From the NCBI GenBank assembly GCA_016713115.1, contig JADJPU010000001.1, positions 923,762 to 987,761 on the forward strand: a stretch of 64,000 nucleotides of DNA, read 5' to 3'. The notes below the pieces were generated by a model that saw only the letters and a list, made by a program, of their open reading frames with translations, did not search any database and had not been told where the DNA came from. Origin of the DNA: Cellvibrionales bacterium (GTDB lineage: Bacteria; Pseudomonadota; Gammaproteobacteria; Pseudomonadales; UBA7239). The position numbers and the translations under genes were made by a program. This document shows positions 30,875-40,908 of this stretch, in pieces. Positions within the stretch are counted from its first letter, which is position 1. Each line of letters begins with the position of its first letter.

Positions 30875-31222
30875 ATGGCTTTTACCCTGAAAAAACTGTC
30901 TGCACCGTTACTGGCCGCTAGCTTATTGCTGCCTTCCCTCAATGCCTTCTCTGCGTCAACGGTTGCTGCTGATCCATTTACTGACAACAGACCCACTGCT
31001 CTGGCAATGGTGACGGATTTAGTCATTCTGCGACCACTCGGCACTGCGGCCACGGCCGTTGGCGGTGTGGCTTGGCTACTCAGTTTGCCGTTCACCCTGC
31101 CCGTTGGCGGCGCTGACGAAGCGGGTCATGTGCTCGTGGGTGAGCCGGCGGTGTACACCTTCTATCGCTGCTTAGGCTGCACTAGACCCGGCCACAAAGA
31201 AAATGGCGCTACGCAAAAATAA
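30875..31222 (+). CDS. small exported/membrane protein, unknown function
   Basis: 115 aa. AAGGAG lies 7 nt upstream of the ATG. Signal peptide ...LLLPSLNAFSA, one further hydrophobic stretch and a C-terminal CxxC (CLGC). Confidence 0.55.
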   Translation: MAFTLKKLSAPLLAASLLLPSLNAFSASTVAADPFTDNRPTALAMVTDLVILRPLGTAATAVGGVAWLLSLPFTLPVGGADEAGHVLVGEPAVYTFYRCLGCTRPGHKENGATQK

Positions 31223-31248
31223 TTTATAGCGCTTAAGTGCTGTCATAC

Positions 31249-31278
31249 AAAAAAGCCGCAGTGATTGCGGCTTTTTTT
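31249..31278. terminator. bidirectional rho-independent terminator between convergent genes
   Basis: A6-AAGCCGCA-GTGAT-TGCGGCTT-T7. The perfect 8-bp stem is flanked by an A run and a T run, so it can terminate either strand (the small + strand gene and coaD on the minus strand). Confidence 0.75.
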
Positions 31279-31302
31279 ATTCTCGTGCTTTTAAGGCATC
31301 GC

Positions 31303-31863
<561 letters not shown>

Positions 31864-31871
31864 TTAGCTGC

Positions 31872-32459
31872 TCAAGCAATTTTTTCGCCGCGACGCCACA
31901 GTGCATAACACACTTGCCCAGCGCGCTGCTGACGATAAGTCGCAAATCCTTCCGGCGGTGCCATCAAAACTGTCGCAGGTTGTTCGACATAAATCCACGG
32001 ATCTTCCGCCAACAATTTGTACTGCTCCAGCGATGCAACTACCGCAGCCGGCGATAGCGTTGTATCAGCAAACGGCGGATCAATAAACACCACATCAAAT
32101 ACGTCAGATGCTGATGACAACCACGCCACGCTGTCGGCGAGAACAATCTGCGCAGCATCTGCCTCTAGTTGCTGCTGCGTTATGCGCAAACCGCGTACAG
32201 CCTGTGCGTTGCGCTCCAGCAAGGTGCAATGCGCTGCACCGCGCGACAACGCCTCAAAGCCCAACACCCCGCTGCCAGCAAACACATCCAAACAGCGCGC
32301 GCTGTGCAACACCGGCATCAACCAATTGAACAGTGTTTCGCGTATGCGATCACCGGTTGGGCGCAGACCTTCGCCATCCACAAAGGCAATTTTACGCCCG
32401 CGCCAACGCCCGCCGATGATGCGCACACGGTTGTCAGTCTTCGCCTGCGATTTACGCAA
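31872..32459 (-). CDS. rsmD: 16S rRNA (guanine966-N2)-methyltransferase RsmD
   Basis: ...VRIIGGRWRGRKI...GLRPTGDRIRETLFNWL...LDVFAGSGVLGFEALSRGA...VFIDPPF is collinear with E. coli RsmD. There is no in-frame ATG near the N-terminus. I propose TTG 32459 (GGAGAG 4 nt upstream), giving 195 aa. The track ORF extends to 32645. Confidence 0.75.
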   Translation of the reverse strand: MRKSQAKTDNRVRIIGGRWRGRKIAFVDGEGLRPTGDRIRETLFNWLMPVLHSARCLDVFAGSGVLGFEALSRGAAHCTLLERNAQAVRGLRITQQQLEADAAQIVLADSVAWLSSASDVFDVVFIDPPFADTTLSPAAVVASLEQYKLLAEDPWIYVEQPATVLMAPPEGFATYRQQRAGQVCYALWRRGEKIA

Positions 32460-32540
32460 AGTCTCTCTCCAGCATAAAGGGAGTGATAGGATAACATCCT
32501 GCAAAATCCGCTCCTCTCTTCTTGGAAAATAGCGACACTC

Positions 32541-33605
32541 ATGGCAATTTTTGGCTTCGGCAAAGACAAGAAAACCAGCGAACAACCTGCAACGCCTGCT
32601 GCAGTTGTTGAACAGCAAACACTCGCACCCACCGCTACCCCTCAAGAAGCTGTCCCCCAGGAAGCCGTGCCCGCCGCCACTACCGAAAGTTTATTCAGTC
32701 GCATCAAACGCGGCTTGGCACGCACTGGCAGCAGCATCGGCGAAGGCATCGGCACGATTTTGCTCGGCAAACGCCAAATTGATGACGAACTGATTGAAGA
32801 ATTGGAAACGCGATTGCTGTCGGCCGATGTGGGCATTGATGCCACCACAGTGATTCTCGACGATCTCACTGCACGCGTAGCGCGCAAAGAACTCACCGAC
32901 GGCGATGCGCTGTACAAAGCCCTGCAAGAAAATTTGCAGCAGATGTTACACATTGCCGAAGCACCACTTGTCATTGATAAAACACGCCGGCCGTTTGTTG
33001 TGTTAGTCGTGGGCGTGAACGGCGTAGGTAAAACCACCACCATCGGCAAATTGGCGATGCGTTTACAGCAACAAGGCCATAGTGTGATGCTCGCCGCCGG
33101 TGACACATTTCGCGCAGCTGCCGTTGAACAATTGCAAGTATGGGGCGAACGCAACCATGTCGCCGTAGTTGCGCAACACACAGGCGCAGACAGTGCATCA
33201 GTTATTTTTGATGCAGTACAAGCGGCACAGTCACGCAATATCGATGTAGTGATTGCCGACACCGCCGGGCGTCTGCACAACAAAAGCAACTTGATGGAAG
33301 AATTGAAAAAAGTAAAGCGCGTGATGGGAAAACTGGACAACAGCGCGCCGCATGAAGTTCTGTTAGTGCTCGATGCTGGCACCGGACAAAACGCGATCAA
33401 TCAAGCGCAGCAATTTCACGAGGCCGTCGGTGTTACCGGCATCGCACTCACCAAACTTGACGGCACAGCCAAAGGCGGCGTTATTTTTGCTTTGAGTCAA
33501 GCATTAAAACTGCCGATTCGTTTTATCGGCGTGGGTGAAAAAATGGAAGACCTACAAGTATTCAGTGCTGCGCCTTTTATTCGCGCTTTATTTGGTAAAA
33601 ATTAA
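32541..33605 (+). CDS. ftsY: signal recognition particle receptor FtsY
   Basis: Acidic/Pro-rich N-terminus (PQEAVPQEAVP), then an NG domain with GVNGVGKTTTIGK, DTAGR and TKLDGTAKGG. Confidence 0.95.
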   Translation: MAIFGFGKDKKTSEQPATPAAVVEQQTLAPTATPQEAVPQEAVPAATTESLFSRIKRGLARTGSSIGEGIGTILLGKRQIDDELIEELETRLLSADVGIDATTVILDDLTARVARKELTDGDALYKALQENLQQMLHIAEAPLVIDKTRRPFVVLVVGVNGVGKTTTIGKLAMRLQQQGHSVMLAAGDTFRAAAVEQLQVWGERNHVAVVAQHTGADSASVIFDAVQAAQSRNIDVVIADTAGRLHNKSNLMEELKKVKRVMGKLDNSAPHEVLLVLDAGTGQNAINQAQQFHEAVGVTGIALTKLDGTAKGGVIFALSQALKLPIRFIGVGEKMEDLQVFSAAPFIRALFGKN

Positions 33606-33615
33606 TTTCTTTTGC

Positions 33616-34283
33616 ATGATTGAATTTCAGCATGTCGCCAAGCAATACCCAAATGGCTTCGAAGCACTGAAGCACATCAACTTTTCGCTCGCGCCCGGTG
33701 AAATGACTTTTTTAACTGGACACTCTGGCGCAGGCAAAAGCACTTTATTAAAACTGATGATGCTGATGGAACGCCCCACGCACGGCAGCATCGTTGTCGC
33801 GGGGCAAGATCTCGGCAAATTAAATACTGCCCGCATTCCCTACTACCGCCGCCACATCGGCGTAGTGTTTCAGGATCACCAATTACTCCCTGATCGCAGT
33901 GTGTTTGACAATGTGGCGCTACCACTGCACATCGCTGGTTTTTCACCCAACGATATTGGCCGCCGCGTGCGCGCCGCGCTCGACAAAGTGGGCTTGCTCG
34001 ACAAAGAAAAAAACTTTCCGATTGCGCTTTCCGGCGGCGAACAACAGCGCGTGGGCATTGCACGCGCGGTGGTCAACCGTCCGCCCGTGTTGTTGGCCGA
34101 TGAACCAACAGGCAACCTCGACCCAGAATTATCGGAAGAAATCATGCGCTTGTTTGGTGATTTCAGTCGCGTGGGGTCACGGTACTGATCGCAACACACG
34201 ATCTCGATTTGATTCACCGCTTTGGCAAACACCGTGAACTGGTGTTACAGCGCGGACGCTTGATTCGCGGCGGGAGCCAATAA
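33616..34283 (+). pseudogene. ftsE: cell-division ABC ATPase FtsE; frame broken at a G4 run (34173-34176) as assembled
   Basis: MIEFQHVAKQY...GHSGAGKSTLLKL (Walker A), LSGGEQQRVGIARA (signature), LLADEPTGNLD (Walker B). The track ORF ends ...FSRVGSRY*. With one extra G the frame continues VGVTVLIATHDLDLIHRFGKHRELVLQRGRLIRGGSQ* (TAA 34281-34283), giving 222 aa as in E. coli. Confidence 0.9.
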
Positions 34284-34285
34284 CA

Positions 34286-35266
34286 ATGGCTGCTCTCGAA
34301 AAAAATAAACCCGCGCGCGGCGCCACTGCACTTGCGATGAGTTGGCGCGTATTGCTGCGCGCTTGGTGGCAGCACCATCGCAAATCGGCGCGCGACAGCT
34401 TGCAACAACAATTGCGCACACCGTTTCAACACCTACTTACGGCTGCAGTAATCGGCATCACACTGGCACTGCCTGCCTTGTTTGCCTTGGCCATCAAGAA
34501 TTTCCAACAGCTTGGTGAGCAATGGCACGGCAACCCCAAAATCTCTGTGTTTTTAGATCGCAAAACCAGCAACAGTGATATCACTAATCTACAACAACAA
34601 TTACAAAATAATACAGCTGTCAAAACGGTGACACTCATTACTCCCGAGCAAGGCTTGGCCAGTTTTGAAAAAAGCGCACACCTGTCGAACACTTTAACTT
34701 TGCTCGATGAAAATCCGCTGCCGCCGCTATTGGTTGTCGAGTTACAGGCAGACACCACACCTAACACCGTACAAGATTTACAAATGCAGTGGAAAAAACT
34801 GTCGCATATCGACAGCGTGCAGGCGGATTTTGCATGGTTAAAAAAATTATTTAATCTGATGCAACTGGGTGAGCGCATCGCGCTTGGCTTGGCAATTTTA
34901 CTCGGCATCGGTGCATTACTTTCCGTCGGTAATACCGTGCGTTTGGCCTTAGAAAATCGTCGTACTGAAATTGTTGTTGCGTCATTGGTGGGCGCAACCG
35001 ATGCCTTTGTTAGGCGGCCGTTCCTCTACAGCGGATTTTGGTTTGGCATTTCCGGCGGTGGTTTGGCAATATTGCTGGTTGCAGCGGGTTATTACAGTGT
35101 CATCGCGCCGGTTACTGCACTGGCTGCTTTGTATCAATCCAACTTCGTGTTGCAAGGTCCCGATATATTGACCGCTTTTTGTTTGCTGATGGCCGGCATT
35201 GCGATTGGTGTGCTCGGCGCATGGCTCACCGTAGGCAGTCATTTGCGCGCCATGCGGCCACAATAA
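34286..35266 (+). CDS. ftsX: cell-division permease-like protein FtsX
   Basis: 326 aa directly after ftsE. One N-terminal TM, a periplasmic domain, then three C-terminal TM helices (the FtsX architecture). Confidence 0.9.
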   Translation: MAALEKNKPARGATALAMSWRVLLRAWWQHHRKSARDSLQQQLRTPFQHLLTAAVIGITLALPALFALAIKNFQQLGEQWHGNPKISVFLDRKTSNSDITNLQQQLQNNTAVKTVTLITPEQGLASFEKSAHLSNTLTLLDENPLPPLLVVELQADTTPNTVQDLQMQWKKLSHIDSVQADFAWLKKLFNLMQLGERIALGLAILLGIGALLSVGNTVRLALENRRTEIVVASLVGATDAFVRRPFLYSGFWFGISGGGLAILLVAAGYYSVIAPVTALAALYQSNFVLQGPDILTAFCLLMAGIAIGVLGAWLTVGSHLRAMRPQ

Positions 35267-35267
35267 T

Positions 35268-37772
35268 TCAGGAAAGTTTTTTTCGCGCGCGATCATCTGC
35301 CGCTTTCGTGCGGCGCGTCGGTTCCGCTTCTAATGGATTTTCTGGCCAATAATGCTTTGGATACTGGCCGCGCATATCTTTTCGCACTTCTTTGTACGCA
35401 TTCTGCCAAAAGCTGGCTAAATCTTGCGTGACAGCCAAAGGCATTTGGCGCGGCGACAATAAATGTATCAACACGGGCACTTTTCCATCTGCAATACGCG
35501 GCGTATCTTTTGCGCCAAACATTTCTTGCAAACGCACCGGTAACACCGGCTGCGCGCCAGAGTAATCCAAGGCGATGCGTGAACCGGTAGGCACAACGAG
35601 ATGCGCAGGAGCTAGGCGATCCAACATTTGTTGCTGCGCATAATCCAATCGTGATTGCAACGCCGCTAACCAATCCACTTGTGACAACTGATTGCGGCGA
35701 GTGATTCCCTTCAAAAAAGGCAGCGCCCAATCTTCTAATGTGGCTAGCAAATGCGCTTCGTCAAAACTTGGGAAATTGTCTGCCAAATTATTGTCTGACA
35801 GCCACCGCACGCGCTGCAACCACTGCTGCGCTGGATCAGAAATGGGTAAATTGTTCCAGCCAGCTTGACGCAAGCCACCACACAATACTCGCGCCACGGC
35901 ATCACCGCGCGCAGGCAATTTTTTTTCTTTAACTATGATGGCACCAAAGCGTTGCACTTCGCGCGCCAACACCGCTTCTTCTTGTGTCGACCACACCACC
36001 TCTTCGCCAGAAAAAAACAACTCAGATAAAAAAGTTGCCAAGTCTTCTTCCTGCACAGCCGCCGCTAAATAAATGCGTGCATCACGGCCATCGCCATCCA
36101 AATCGGCAACTGCAATCCACAACTCACGCATCAAAATACTGTGCCCTGTCAACACAGCACCCGCACCGCTGGCCAATTGCCAGCGTTCGCCGCGCTCATC
36201 GCGCCGACGCGCCACGCGCTCTGGGTAGCACAGCGCCAACATCAGGCCAACTTTATCTTCGTGTTGTACGCTGTCATTGGAAATAGCGAGCATCTGCCGC
36301 AAGCGTTTCACCTGCAACTTAACACGCTCGCGCGCACCGCGATCCACCGCACCACCGTGTTGCAAAGCTGTCCAGCGCAAATAAAAATCCGCGTCTTTTT
36401 CGCCGCGCAAAACATCGCGCTCATCCAATAGTGCCGCCACATCACGAGCCAATGCGCCCATACCGTGCTCGTTGGCGCGCAGCAACATATGCGCATAACG
36501 CGGATGCACGGGCAGTGCGACCATTGCACGACCATGTGCAGTAATTTTTTGCTCGGTATCCAGCGCACCTAGTATCTGCAATTTTTCACGCGCTTGCTGC
36601 AAATGTGCCGCTGGCGGCGCACTCAAAAATGCCAACTGTTTTTCGTCTACACCCCACTGCGCCAATTCCAAGGTCAAGGGCATTAAATCGCTGTGCGCTA
36701 TTTCTGGCGTGGGGAATTGCGCCAACATTTTGTGTTGCTCTGCACTCCACAAACGGTAGCACGCGCCCGCTTGCTGTCGGCCCGCGCGCCCTGCGCGCTG
36801 GGTTGCTGTTGCCTGCGATACGCGCGTGGTCACCAAGCGACTCATGCCGCGCCGTGGATCAAATTGCGCGGTACGCACCAAGCCCGCATCCACCACCACA
36901 CTCACACCATCAATCGTCAGCGATGTTTCGGCAATACTGGTAGACAAAATAATTTTTCTTGCGCCGCCAGCCATTTTTTGCAATGCAGATTGTTGCATCG
37001 CCGTTGACACTTCGCCATGCAAAATATGTATTTGATCGGCTGACACCACATCACTCTGCTCTAAGGCTGTTTTAACTTGCAGAATTTCACGCTTGCCGGG
37101 CAAAAACACCAGCACATCACCCTGTTGTTCTCGATAAGCACGCTGCACAGCACACAAAACGGACTGCGCAAAGCTATCGCCTTGTTGCAACAACAAATCG
37201 CCACCCAAGTAAATTATCTCAACAGGATAGCTGCGCCCTTTGCTGTGTATCACGGGCGCATTGTCCAATAACGCCGAGACAGCAACACCGTCCAAGGTGG
37301 CTGACATCACGACTATTTTTAAATCGTCGCGCCAATTTTTTTGCACATCTCGCGCCAGCGCCAAACCGAGATCGGCGTGCAGGGAGCGTTCGTGAAATTC
37401 ATCAAAAATAATCAGCCCTACGCCGCTGAGTTCGGGATCATTTTGTATCTGGCGCGCCAGCACGCCTTCCGTCACCACTTCAATTTTTGTGCGCGCAGAG
37501 ACTTTGCTCTCACCGCGTATGCGATAGCCAATTGTTTCACCGACATTTTCTGCAAGCTGCTGCGCCATGTACTGCGCGGCGCGTATCGCTGCCAAACGGC
37601 GCGGCTCCAACATCAGAATGCGCCCTGCAACGGTGCCAGCGTCCAGCAGCGCCAATGGCACGCGCGTGGTTTTGCCGGCACCGGGCGCTGCCGATAACAC
37701 CACACACGGCGCAGCACGCACGGCATCGCACAAGACAGACAGAACCGTATCAATAGGCAGTGATAACTTCAT
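35268..37772 (-). CDS. hrpB: ATP-dependent RNA helicase HrpB (DEAH box)
   Basis: 834 aa. Walker A APGAGKTT and the DEFHERS DEAH box, followed by helicase C, HA2 and HrpB C-terminal regions by length and collinearity. Confidence 0.9.
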   Translation of the reverse strand: MKLSLPIDTVLSVLCDAVRAAPCVVLSAAPGAGKTTRVPLALLDAGTVAGRILMLEPRRLAAIRAAQYMAQQLAENVGETIGYRIRGESKVSARTKIEVVTEGVLARQIQNDPELSGVGLIIFDEFHERSLHADLGLALARDVQKNWRDDLKIVVMSATLDGVAVSALLDNAPVIHSKGRSYPVEIIYLGGDLLLQQGDSFAQSVLCAVQRAYREQQGDVLVFLPGKREILQVKTALEQSDVVSADQIHILHGEVSTAMQQSALQKMAGGARKIILSTSIAETSLTIDGVSVVVDAGLVRTAQFDPRRGMSRLVTTRVSQATATQRAGRAGRQQAGACYRLWSAEQHKMLAQFPTPEIAHSDLMPLTLELAQWGVDEKQLAFLSAPPAAHLQQAREKLQILGALDTEQKITAHGRAMVALPVHPRYAHMLLRANEHGMGALARDVAALLDERDVLRGEKDADFYLRWTALQHGGAVDRGARERVKLQVKRLRQMLAISNDSVQHEDKVGLMLALCYPERVARRRDERGERWQLASGAGAVLTGHSILMRELWIAVADLDGDGRDARIYLAAAVQEEDLATFLSELFFSGEEVVWSTQEEAVLAREVQRFGAIIVKEKKLPARGDAVARVLCGGLRQAGWNNLPISDPAQQWLQRVRWLSDNNLADNFPSFDEAHLLATLEDWALPFLKGITRRNQLSQVDWLAALQSRLDYAQQQMLDRLAPAHLVVPTGSRIALDYSGAQPVLPVRLQEMFGAKDTPRIADGKVPVLIHLLSPRQMPLAVTQDLASFWQNAYKEVRKDMRGQYPKHYWPENPLEAEPTRRTKAADDRARKKLS

Positions 37773-37855
37773 ACAGCGGCGTGTGCTTTCACAAAATACG
37801 ACTCTTGGTGTTGTTTTGCTGATCGCTTAGACTGAGCAGCGATCGAGGTTTTAGC

Positions 37856-39349
37856 ATGCACACTTTAACATCTGAACATTTCGCCACACTCACTGCACAA
37901 GGTTACAACCGTATTCCTGTGGTGCGCGAGTTGTTTGCGGATTTAGAAACACCGCTCTCCTGCTACTTAAAACTGGCGCGCCAACCGTACAGCTATTTGC
38001 TGGAATCCGTACAGGGCGGCGAAAAATGGGGGCGCTATTCTTTCATCGGCCTACCCTGCCGCACCCAACTCATCGCGCGCGGCAACACGATTACCGTGCA
38101 GCGCGATGGCAAAGTATTACAGCACGAGCAATGTACAGATCCGCTAACGTTTATCGAACAATTTCGTGCGCAGTATCGCGTAGCCGAGTTACCTAACTTG
38201 CCGCGCTTTACCGGCGGCTTGGTCGGTTTTTTTGCGTATGACACGGTGCGCTATGTCGAGCCGCATTTGCAAAAAACGCAACCACAGCAAGACCCGCTCG
38301 GCACACCAGATATTTTGTTACTTCTGTCTGAAGAAGTGTTGGTGTTTGATAATTTATCCGGTCGTATTTTGTTGATTGTGCATGCCGATACTGCACAAGA
38401 AAATGCGCTTGCTCTAGCGCAACAGCGCTTGGATATTTTGCAAGCACAACTCGCCACAGCAACACCCGCATTACCACCAATTGCACTCGCTGCGCCGGCA
38501 GATGCCAAATTGGAAGAGCAATTTGTTTCTTCATTTGGCGAAACCGCATACAAAAATGCTGTCGGCACTATCAAAGAATTCATCTTGGCAGGCGATACCA
38601 TGCAAGTGGTGTTATCGCAACGCATGTCGCTACCGTTCGATGCGGAGCCTTTAAATTTGTATCGCGCCTTGCGCAGTTTGAATCCATCACCCTATATGTA
38701 TTTTTTAGATTGTGGTGATTTTCACATTGCTGGATCTTCCCCAGAAATTTTGGCGCGCTTGGAAAATGGCGCCGTCACCGTGCGGCCAATCGCAGGTACG
38801 CGCAAACGCGGCAATTCCGCCGAAGAAGATCGCGCACTTGCAGAAGATTTGCTGGCCGACCCCAAAGAAATTGCCGAACATCTAATGCTGATTGATTTAG
38901 GGCGCAACGATGTCGGTCGCGTCGCCAAGACCAGTAGCGTACAACTGACAGAAAAAATGGTGGTGGAACTCTATTCGCATGTTATGCACATCACATCCAA
39001 TGTCACCGGAGAATTGCGTGACGGCCTAGATGCTATGGATGTGCTACGCGCTACGCTGCCCGCTGGCACTTTATCTGGCGCACCAAAAATTCGCGCCATG
39101 GAAATTATCGATCAACTCGAAATGGAAAAACGCGGTATTTATGGCGGCGCAATTGGCTATCTCAGTTGGAGCGGCAATATGGATACCGCCATCGCCATTC
39201 GCACCGCTGTTATCAAAGACAAAAAACTGTATATCCAAGCGGGTGCGGGCATTGTTGCCGATTCGGTGCCGCAATCGGAATGGGATGAGACCATGAACAA
39301 AGGGCGCGCGGTATTTCGCGCGGCAGCGATGGTGTTGGCGGGAAAATAA
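37856..39349 (+). CDS. trpE: anthranilate synthase component I
   Basis: 497 aa. ...[22 protein letters not shown]...[18 protein letters not shown]... and the C-terminal chorismate-binding motifs ...[13 protein letters not shown]...[10 protein letters not shown]...[11 protein letters not shown]. Confidence 0.95.
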   Translation: MHTLTSEHFATLTAQGYNRIPVVRELFADLETPLSCYLKLARQPYSYLLESVQGGEKWGRYSFIGLPCRTQLIARGNTITVQRDGKVLQHEQCTDPLTFIEQFRAQYRVAELPNLPRFTGGLVGFFAYDTVRYVEPHLQKTQPQQDPLGTPDILLLLSEEVLVFDNLSGRILLIVHADTAQENALALAQQRLDILQAQLATATPALPPIALAAPADAKLEEQFVSSFGETAYKNAVGTIKEFILAGDTMQVVLSQRMSLPFDAEPLNLYRALRSLNPSPYMYFLDCGDFHIAGSSPEILARLENGAVTVRPIAGTRKRGNSAEEDRALAEDLLADPKEIAEHLMLIDLGRNDVGRVAKTSSVQLTEKMVVELYSHVMHITSNVTGELRDGLDAMDVLRATLPAGTLSGAPKIRAMEIIDQLEMEKRGIYGGAIGYLSWSGNMDTAIAIRTAVIKDKKLYIQAGAGIVADSVPQSEWDETMNKGRAVFRAAAMVLAGK

Positions 39350-39350
39350 T

Positions 39351-40838
39351 ATGCGAGACGATGCGCACGAACTTGGATTAATTATCGACTCACATACGCC
39401 ACTTATTATTATTCAATCACACGAAGAAACGCGCGTGTTGGATTTGCTGATGCAGGCAAGCAACACGCGCACTTTGCCGATGCAAGTGTGGTCTGTCACG
39501 GATGGATTGCGCGCTATGGGCTTCAGCATCGGAGAGACCGAGGGTGAACAACTTACAGATCTCGATGCCGCCCTGCTCGCCATCAAACGCACACGCAGTA
39601 AAGGATTGTTTGTACTGTGTGACACGCAAAGTTTTTTAAACAATGAACACCCAAAAACCGTGCGTTTGTTAAAAGATGTCTTACTGCAATATGACAGTAT
39701 CAATCGCACTGTCGTACTGCTAGGTCATGAAGTACCGCTGCCGCCAGCACTGCGCCGCTACGCTGCCGAGTTTGAATTATCTACTCCCAGTGACGACGAG
39801 ATACTTGCTATCATTCGTGAAGAAGCGAGTGCTTGGTGTCAAAAAAATCAGCAGGCCCGCATCAAAACTGACAAGCTCGCACTAGATCGCATCATCATGC
39901 ATTTGCGCGGCTTACCACCAGCTGATGTTCGCAAACTGGCACGGCAATTTATTCATGTTGATGGCATCATCTCTCATCAAGATCTTCCGTTAATTAGCAA
40001 AAATAAAATGCAAATACTGGATGTGGATGGTGTTCTGCAATACGAATACAGCACAGAGAGTTTTGCACAAGTCGCCGGCTTAGAAAATTTAAAGCACTGG
40101 CTTAATAAAAGACAACACGCCTTCCTAACGCCATCCAATACCGTAGATACACCAAAAGGTATTTTGTTGCTCGGCGTACAAGGAAGCGGTAAAAGTCTCG
40201 CCGCCAAAGCGGTAGCTGGTTTGTGGAGCTTGCCATTATTGCGCTTAGATTTTGGCGCCCTATACAACAAATACTACGGTGAATCTGAAAAAAATCTGCG
40301 CGAATCTTTAAAGCTCGCTGACAACATGGCGCCTTGCGTATTGTGGCTTGATGAAATTGAAAAAGGCATCGCAGGAAAGAACGATGATGATGGCACCAGC
40401 CAGCGTGTGCTTGGTACTTTTTTAACATGGCTGTCTGAAAGGCAGCGCCCTGTTTTTATCGTGGCAACTTCAAACAATATTGCCAATTTACCGACTGAGT
40501 TAATTCGTAAAGGCCGTCTCGATGAAATCTTTTTTGTCGACCTTCCAAAGCCTAAAGTGAGAGAAGAAATTTTTGCGATCCATCTCATCAAACGGAAGCA
40601 CGACCCAAGTTTGTTTGATTTGCCGATACTTGCTGCGGCATCCGAAGGTTTTTCTGGCGCAGAAATTGAGCAAGCGATAGTGGCAGCCACCTACTCCGCA
40701 CAAGCTCAACAACAACAGCTGCAAACATCAGCAGTTTTGGATGAACTATCACACACCAAACCCATTGCCATTGTGAAGGCAGAAAGCATCACCGCCTTGC
40801 GCGCTTGGGCAGAAGATCGCACCGTCTCTGATGATTAA
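39351..40838 (+). CDS. AAA+ ATPase (classic AAA clade) with an uncharacterised ~240-aa N-terminal domain
   Basis: Walker A GVQGSGKS, Walker B VLWLDEIE, second region of homology ATSNNIANLPTELIRKGRLDEIF, and a C-terminal lid ...FSGAEIEQAI. The ATG lies 1 nt after the trpE stop. Confidence 0.8.
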   Translation: MRDDAHELGLIIDSHTPLIIIQSHEETRVLDLLMQASNTRTLPMQVWSVTDGLRAMGFSIGETEGEQLTDLDAALLAIKRTRSKGLFVLCDTQSFLNNEHPKTVRLLKDVLLQYDSINRTVVLLGHEVPLPPALRRYAAEFELSTPSDDEILAIIREEASAWCQKNQQARIKTDKLALDRIIMHLRGLPPADVRKLARQFIHVDGIISHQDLPLISKNKMQILDVDGVLQYEYSTESFAQVAGLENLKHWLNKRQHAFLTPSNTVDTPKGILLLGVQGSGKSLAAKAVAGLWSLPLLRLDFGALYNKYYGESEKNLRESLKLADNMAPCVLWLDEIEKGIAGKNDDDGTSQRVLGTFLTWLSERQRPVFIVATSNNIANLPTELIRKGRLDEIFFVDLPKPKVREEIFAIHLIKRKHDPSLFDLPILAAASEGFSGAEIEQAIVAATYSAQAQQQQLQTSAVLDELSHTKPIAIVKAESITALRAWAEDRTVSDD

Positions 40839-40865
40839 ACAAACATCTCCTATTCGTCAGGAAAT

Positions 40866-40894
40866 AAAAAAGGGCATCAATTGATGCCCTTTTT
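40866..40894. terminator. bidirectional rho-independent terminator between convergent genes
   Basis: Perfect palindrome AGGGCATCAATTGATGCCCT (40871-40890), flanked by an A run upstream and a T run downstream. Confidence 0.75.
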
Positions 40895-40908
40895 GTAACA
40901 GCTTGCCG

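Noticed and set aside
37773-37855. A trp leader peptide or attenuator upstream of trpE.
   Set aside because: The 83-nt region has no small ORF with tandem Trp codons. Its only hairpin is short (GATCGCT...AGCGATC) and has no following T run.
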